From NCBI GenBank assembly GCA_030295235.1, contig AP026140.1, forward strand, positions 806,001-870,000: a DNA stretch of 64,000 nt. Reading direction: 5' to 3'. This DNA comes from Fistulifera solaris (lineage: Eukaryota). Made by a program: the position numbers and the translations under genes. This document shows positions 58,609 to 64,000 of the stretch, piece after piece. Position 1 is the stretch's first letter. Each line of letters opens with the position of its first letter. Below the pieces are notes generated by a model. That model was not told the DNA's origin, ran no database searches, and saw only the letters and a list, made by a program, of their open reading frames with translations.

Positions 58609-59109
58609 TTATCGCGATTTCCACTGCTCTGCTTTATTTTGGCTGTCGGCTTCGTTCAACCAGTGCCCACCGTGAGCATCACTCAACCCACCATGATCGT
58701 TGCGAATCGTTCGTTCTAATGTTTGTCTTCGAAACAATCGATTCCGTTCTTTCCCTAGTTCAATTTCTTTCATTCGCTTCTGTTCATAATTTTCGGGCGG
58801 TGGTTCGGCTCCGAGTTGAAAAATGGGATGCAATTTGTGCACTTCATTTTTGCCCGTCACGGTCGCCATGAAGAAGGAACCACTCGTGATGCCTAGCAAG
58901 ACCGACAAAAATAAAGTATTCCGATTGAGGGGCACGGACCACCAGTGACGTTGATGACCGAATCGCGCGACACTGTGTCCCATGACGCCGAGCAACGCCC
59001 CCATTCCCATCCCCTTGAAGGCATTCGTCCAAATATCGCGTCGGACATCGGCGACCGTCCGAATATCGTCGTTGGACATGGTCGGGGGAGGAGTGAAAGC
59101 GCGGGACAT
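58609..59109 (-). CDS. Hypothetical two-TM protein
   Basis: ATG-started 166-aa ORF with two Gly-rich hydrophobic segments. Confidence 0.6.
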   Translation of the reverse strand: MSRAFTPPPTMSNDDIRTVADVRRDIWTNAFKGMGMGALLGVMGHSVARFGHQRHWWSVPLNRNTLFLSVLLGITSGSFFMATVTGKNEVHKLHPIFQLGAEPPPENYEQKRMKEIELGKERNRLFRRQTLERTIRNDHGGLSDAHGGHWLNEADSQNKAEQWKSR

Positions 59110-59487
59110 GCTTTTGTATTGTTGTTACTAATGAATAGAATGCTGAATGAGGGTAGAACGATTGCTTTTGTATCTCGTTCTTGCTTACTTTTCGTAATGC
59201 GTATCCTGTTGCGCAGAAAGAGAGAACCGTTTCTCCAAAATGGCGCGCCGCGCTGACACTGCTTTTCTTTCCTAGTCGTAACGGTATTCTTACCTAGAGA
59301 CTTGGTCGACAGATCTTTGTACTCTCTTCAGCACACAAAATGGCGCGACCCGGAGAAGAGGAAAGAAAATGCGAAGCCGCCGGCGCCCTTTTCATTTCCG
59401 AGATCTTGACGACCATGACACAATCAAAACATCCTCAGTGTCTATAATTAGACAAAGTGATCTTCTATTACCTTAATAAACTACCAG

Positions 59488-60654
59488 ATGAAGACTTTGC
59501 TGCGGAAATTGATCTTTCTATCCGTCGCAACCGCCGTACAGGCTTGGGTGATGACGAGTCGTCCTTTAACATCATCTCGTTTCCTGTCATCCGCACGGGA
59601 CGCCAAGACAGTGAATGAGGATGAAACGACGACACCCCAACTTGTCCAACGTACATTTTATCGTTTCAGTCCGGGTTCCGAAGTCGATGTACACAATTCC
59701 GTCGTTTTGGAAGATCGCTATATTCAATCGAAGGATCAGAAACATCGCACCCTTCTGTTGCGCGATGGGAATGTCGAAGACGGAGAAATCGGCGACGCCT
59801 TCTTTACGATTTCTCCGACCACCACATTCAGTACTTCTGAAATCGTCATGGCCTTGTATTTGGCTTCCAATCCGGCTCTCTGTACCGAAGATCTGTTGGA
59901 AGTGTCCAGTGAAACTGGATTGGCTTCGATTTTGGGCATTCTCGGAGCTGGATTTGTGTCCCGACGGGACGATCCGACATCGGCACCAGAAGAGGAGGAT
60001 GATATTTTGACCATTGCCACCAAACGCAACAAGTTAGTGCCAAAATCACTTGAAACAGTAACTTTGACCGCGGCGGAGGAACGTTATTTGCCCGTGTTGA
60101 TGAAGAACAGTCAACATGCCGGAATTCCCTCTTGCACAGTAGAACCGTTGGATTGGAAAGTGCGTCATGCGCGGGGTCGTCCTCCGAAAGAAGTCACGAC
60201 CATTGTCGCGGTTGATTTGGCGTTGACGTACCCCGAAGCGGTGGCCTTGGCGCGGACGTGTGCCTATCGGTTACGACCCTCGTGGGTGGGACGCGAGAAT
60301 GCCAAAACCATTCCACGATTCGTGCACGTGTGTCCGGCCGACCGGGAAGATGTTGCCTATTTGCAACGCGAATTGACCAACGGATACAAAATGACGGCGT
60401 ATACGTCGTATTTGAAATTGGAACAAATTATCTTTTGTCCACAAACCGTGTCTTCTTCTGTAGCAGACGAGGATGAGGATATGGAATTGGAAGTCCAAGA
60501 CATACGATCTTTAACATTTACCAGCTTGATTGCTCAACATCATCCCGATTATGTCGGCGGGGGCAGTGGCGAACTCTTTTTCCAGCCGACACGGGTGCTA
60601 CGGGATTCCGGGAAGCCGAGTCGTCGTGGTAAAATTAACAATGACTATAAATAG
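59488..60654 (+). CDS. Divergent class I methyltransferase-like (METTL21-type fold) protein with plastid-type leader
   Basis: Leader ...SVATAVQA-W. LLEVSSETGLASI is a degenerate motif I; also VTLT, LDW and IVAVDL..Y. A possible frameshift near 60580 would end it at 60632. Confidence 0.6.
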   Translation: MKTLLRKLIFLSVATAVQAWVMTSRPLTSSRFLSSARDAKTVNEDETTTPQLVQRTFYRFSPGSEVDVHNSVVLEDRYIQSKDQKHRTLLLRDGNVEDGEIGDAFFTISPTTTFSTSEIVMALYLASNPALCTEDLLEVSSETGLASILGILGAGFVSRRDDPTSAPEEEDDILTIATKRNKLVPKSLETVTLTAAEERYLPVLMKNSQHAGIPSCTVEPLDWKVRHARGRPPKEVTTIVAVDLALTYPEAVALARTCAYRLRPSWVGRENAKTIPRFVHVCPADREDVAYLQRELTNGYKMTAYTSYLKLEQIIFCPQTVSSSVADEDEDMELEVQDIRSLTFTSLIAQHHPDYVGGGSGELFFQPTRVLRDSGKPSRRGKINNDYK

Positions 60655-60667
60655 TTAATTAATATGC

Positions 60668-61485
60668 TCACAATCGAATTACAACCGTGCGATTCGCATT
60701 TGGAGACGACTTGGTTTGTGGTATCTGTTTCCCCAATAGTAACCGTTGATTCACCTGGTTCGAACGTGTCCACGTTTGTTCGACTTTCCGACCCGTCTTT
60801 TTCATCTTTTGCAATTGTTTCGCCGAGAGTTCGTCTTGACCATTGTTGATATGCAAACGAGAATACGACGAAGACGAAGATCCTCCGGCCAGAGGTAAGG
60901 GAGGACCTGATCGTCTGTGTGGTCGATCGTTCAAGACAACGAGTTGGATGTTGTGTTCTTTTGAATCGGCCTCTTGTTCTGTGCAACTTCATCCTTGGCC
61001 ACAAAGGTGATTAACTTTCCCTGTGGCGCCGTTTTCTTTTGTTTCTTTTCCTTGTTCTGTTGTTCCATTTCGGCATCCAACTGAGCAAAGAAATCATCAT
61101 CCAATTCATCTTCCTTTTTTGACTTGTTATTACTACGCTTGCGCTTTTGCCCTAGTAACGATTCGCGTGCCGTGGATCGTTCTAACGAACGCTGCTCTTG
61201 TATTTGTAATTTCGCATCACTGGCTTTGACTTCTTCCACGGCGTCGTCGTCATCATCGTCATCACCGACGGTCAATGCTGGTTTAACGACTGGTTCGGGA
61301 AGAGCGAGAGAAGGAGCATTGCCCTCTTCATCAAAAACGATTTTCTTGGCCTTTGACTCAATAACAATTCCGACACCGGTCGATTGCGATCGCAGGGCAT
61401 TCCGGGTTTGTTGCCGACGCGAACGTGGCGTCGACTCGCTTGGAGCTTTGGGTGATTTGGAAAGTGATCGGCGTGTTTGAACCAT
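60668..61485 (-). CDS. Charged nuclear/nucleolar protein (U3-snoRNP-associated-like, tentative); frameshift at 60959-60962
   Basis: MVQTRRS start, KKIVFD, DDDDDDAVEEV, basic NLS clusters. Joins ORF 60668..60934. Confidence 0.55.
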
Positions 61486-61975
61486 AGTGGAAATCTCAAA
61501 GCTATATTATTCGATGATTATTCTAGTATTTTGCTGCCATGTATCGTGCTCTACTTGTTGTTGGTTGTGTGTTATTGCTTTCTTTCTTTTTTTCGACTTG
61601 CAGTTTTTCTTGATCGTCCGCGTAATATTTCGTGGTTCTCTGCGGTCCTGTCGGACGACTGACGGAAGGATCGTCGGGAAAACGCTTATAGGGATTTAAG
61701 GTTAGATGATGTATTCCGAAATAGCTAAGGTTAGAGAGACTTTGAAGCAATAGCTGTCATTTGCTTGCAAAAGCAGTTGAGCTTACGAAACACACAAGAC
61801 CCCCACGTAGTCTCCGTGCGAGCTTCCCCTGAATACACTTGGAATGTTTGTGTTCAACACGTGGTTCGATGGAAGGAAGCCTGTAGAACAAGCGATTCTC
61901 GACAGGATAGCATGCAGCTGGACCAGCTGCACAATCATTCCTCCCAAGGTATATTATTCTTCGATTCACCCTTCC

Positions 61976-62908
61976 TCATTCTTCTTTCTCTCCCGACAAC
62001 ATTCGACTGATTCCTTCCGCGCGTCCCGCCCACAAAAAGCCATTCAAATAGCCTATCAGAATACTAATACTGAGCATAAAACTCCCTACGGAAGTGGTTG
62101 AAGTGGTAGGTACCCAAAACAACAAGATCAATTGCACCAATAGTTGGTACAAACAGATGAATCGCAACTGCGACACTTGTAAAAAGGTCCGAATCCGTAT
62201 CAGCAGGACCGCGTGCAAGAACATGAAATAGTGTCCCAAAGCAGCATTCCATCGACTCGTCTTGCCTTCGGTAGATGATTCCAGTATGGCTTGTCCGCCA
62301 CGAATCGCCAAAAACAATTGGATGACTGCCGCATAAAAGATGGAATTGGCCGGAATCGACCATTTGACGGTCCCCGACCACAGAGAGTGAGGATACGTAT
62401 ACAACGTCCACGCACTCAAAAGACAGGCGGTCGTATAACAGGTCCACAATCGATAGTACATCACATCGTTCCACGAAACCCACGAAACGACGGTCAATGT
62501 CAAGAGCGATGTCCACAACAAGACTTGATGAAAGGTAACAATGGCGGCCGTCGGTCGAAATTGCAATACCATCCATAACACACCCACTAATTCATAAAAG
62601 ACGACAGCGTGTAAACCAAAGCCGTACTGGAGTGAATTTTCCTCGTCGTCCTCTTGGCACGTCGAAAAAAGACACTCACAAGGATTCGCATTCGTCTGGT
62701 TCAAAAACGACAAACCCATGGGCAACAATCCGTATTGAAAGGGATACCCAATGAGAAGGAGATGCAAGAACAAGGAGCGATTGGGTGTCAAACCGAGGTA
62801 TTGGGAAAGTTGAAGAAGAATCGTTCGCATCGTCGTCGATGTTGTGACGATTGTGGAATCATCGTCTTCGTCGTCGTCTTCTTCGTTGGGATATCGATTC
62901 CTGGTCAT
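61976..62908 (-). CDS. Hypothetical multi-pass membrane protein
   Basis: 310-aa ATG ORF with an acidic N-terminus and about 7-8 hydrophobic segments. Confidence 0.65.
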   Translation of the reverse strand: MTRNRYPNEEDDDEDDDSTIVTTSTTMRTILLQLSQYLGLTPNRSLFLHLLLIGYPFQYGLLPMGLSFLNQTNANPCECLFSTCQEDDEENSLQYGFGLHAVVFYELVGVLWMVLQFRPTAAIVTFHQVLLWTSLLTLTVVSWVSWNDVMYYRLWTCYTTACLLSAWTLYTYPHSLWSGTVKWSIPANSIFYAAVIQLFLAIRGGQAILESSTEGKTSRWNAALGHYFMFLHAVLLIRIRTFLQVSQLRFICLYQLLVQLILLFWVPTTSTTSVGSFMLSISILIGYLNGFLWAGRAEGISRMLSGEKEE

Positions 62909-63319
62909 GCTCGCTGTTGAGTTTAGCCTTTTTCCGTATTATGCTGTAACAAATTATTGAGTCTTTTGCAATGACCGTTCGGTTGAATGAATCGAATACA
63001 CTATTCTATATCTTGGCTCTCATGGTGTCTCCTTCGCATTTTCCTACCTTCACTTTTTCGTTCATGTTTTTATAGGCCGTCAAAGATAATGGCATAGCGC
63101 ACCGGTACTGTTCATGTAAGCGTTAGTGTGACAAAAACAGCTCACCTTACTATAAGTTACAATGTACTGTTCTGCAGAAACGGATAGTCGTACGGACGGG
63201 ATGGCGATCCGCTCATTTTTTCACGTTTATTTATTTGCTTTTCTGTTTTATATTATGATCCAAGAACTCGCAATCAAAATCTACATCCATACTTCTATCC
63301 TACTTTCCAACAATCACAA

Positions 63320-64000
63320 ATGATTTCATCATCTACCGACGACAAAGAAGATGAGGAACCCGAGACGATCATTGCATGGAATGACGCCCAAATTCGCTGG
63401 ACGGACGATGTCCGTCCTGTGGAAGACGACCACGACGACGTTCCCCCCGACGTGTTGGCCCCAAATCCCCATCAAACTTTTTCGTTTCAAGGCAGTATTC
63501 AATTGCAGGGATATACGTCCGAATCGGACCAAACGTGGAATTCTACCGGACTCACCATATGGAAGGCAAGTGAATATTTGAGTCACTACCTTCTTTCGCA
63601 ACCGCCACTCGTCAATCAACGCGTCTTGGAATTGGGAGCGGGATTGGGATTGTGTGGCATTGTCGCGCATCGATTACTACAGGCTCGAACCGTCTATGTC
63701 ACTGATGGGGATTCCGATGTTTTGAAGGTAATGAAAGAAAACATTCAAGCCAATCGTTTGGCGGAGGAACGACCTATATCGGGACATCAATTGCTGTGGG
63801 GGGCCGAATATGCCTTAGCATTTTTAGAAACGATGCGTCGTTTGGAACCAGAAAACGACTCTCTACTGTTTGATGTCATTTTGGCCGCCGACGTCGTCTA
63901 CGTGCCGCAAGTGATCGCTCCCTTGTTCGAAACCGTCCATACAGTGTTGGAGCCTGTGGTAGGAGTCTTTCTGTTAGCATTTGCGCGACGCCTGGTCGAT
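63320..64000 (+). CDS. Partial protein-lysine methyltransferase (METTL21/Methyltransf_16 family); runs off right edge
   Basis: Not in the ORF track. STGLTIWKASEYL, VLELGAGLGLCG, VYVTDGD, LLWG, FDVILAADVVY. Confidence 0.9.
   Translation, partial: MISSSTDDKEDEEPETIIAWNDAQIRWTDDVRPVEDDHDDVPPDVLAPNPHQTFSFQGSIQLQGYTSESDQTWNSTGLTIWKASEYLSHYLLSQPPLVNQRVLELGAGLGLCGIVAHRLLQARTVYVTDGDSDVLKVMKENIQANRLAEERPISGHQLLWGAEYALAFLETMRRLEPENDSLLFDVILAADVVYVPQVIAPLFETVHTVLEPVVGVFLLAFARRLVD

Overview
This is gene-dense eukaryotic nuclear DNA, not a prokaryotic region. It carries about 38 protein-coding loci, short GT-AG introns (mostly about 60-90 nt), one tRNA-Ala(CGC), and several proteins with a signal peptide followed by an 'ASAFAP'-type transit peptide. 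This points to a diatom with a compact genome; a raphid pennate such as Fistulifera is my inference only. Recognisable genes: MYND+UBE3D-like, monothiol glutaredoxin, Mpv17, DNA polymerase eta, Derlin, XPC/Rad4, BAH-ELM2-SANT(-PAH), PEX16, diaminopimelate decarboxylase, CDP-DAG synthase, MFS transporter, peptidyl-Ser galactosyltransferase-like, START/cyclase, TRPC4AP-like, LYR protein, ABC1 kinase, VOC/glyoxalase, transaldolase, LPA1/DUF3493, bHLH-PAS, Ero1-like, gamma-CA-like, CKS1, histidine phosphatase and METTL21-like methyltransferases. About 20 single-base frameshifts, nearly all in homopolymer runs, break otherwise intact genes. They are most likely assembly errors, so the supplied ORF track splits or mis-starts many genes. 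The most notable observations are: a 186-bp non-autonomous Helitron-like element (27250-27435); an Ero1 homologue with a plastid-type bipartite leader; a bacterial-type VOC protein ending in a CaaX box; a Pol eta with an MIU-like helix instead of UBZ; a decaying repeat-rich gene (about 37.1-41.5 kb); and a recurrent telomere-like TAACC(C/T)T motif in intergenic spacers. All family calls come from motifs recognised by eye; no database searches were run.
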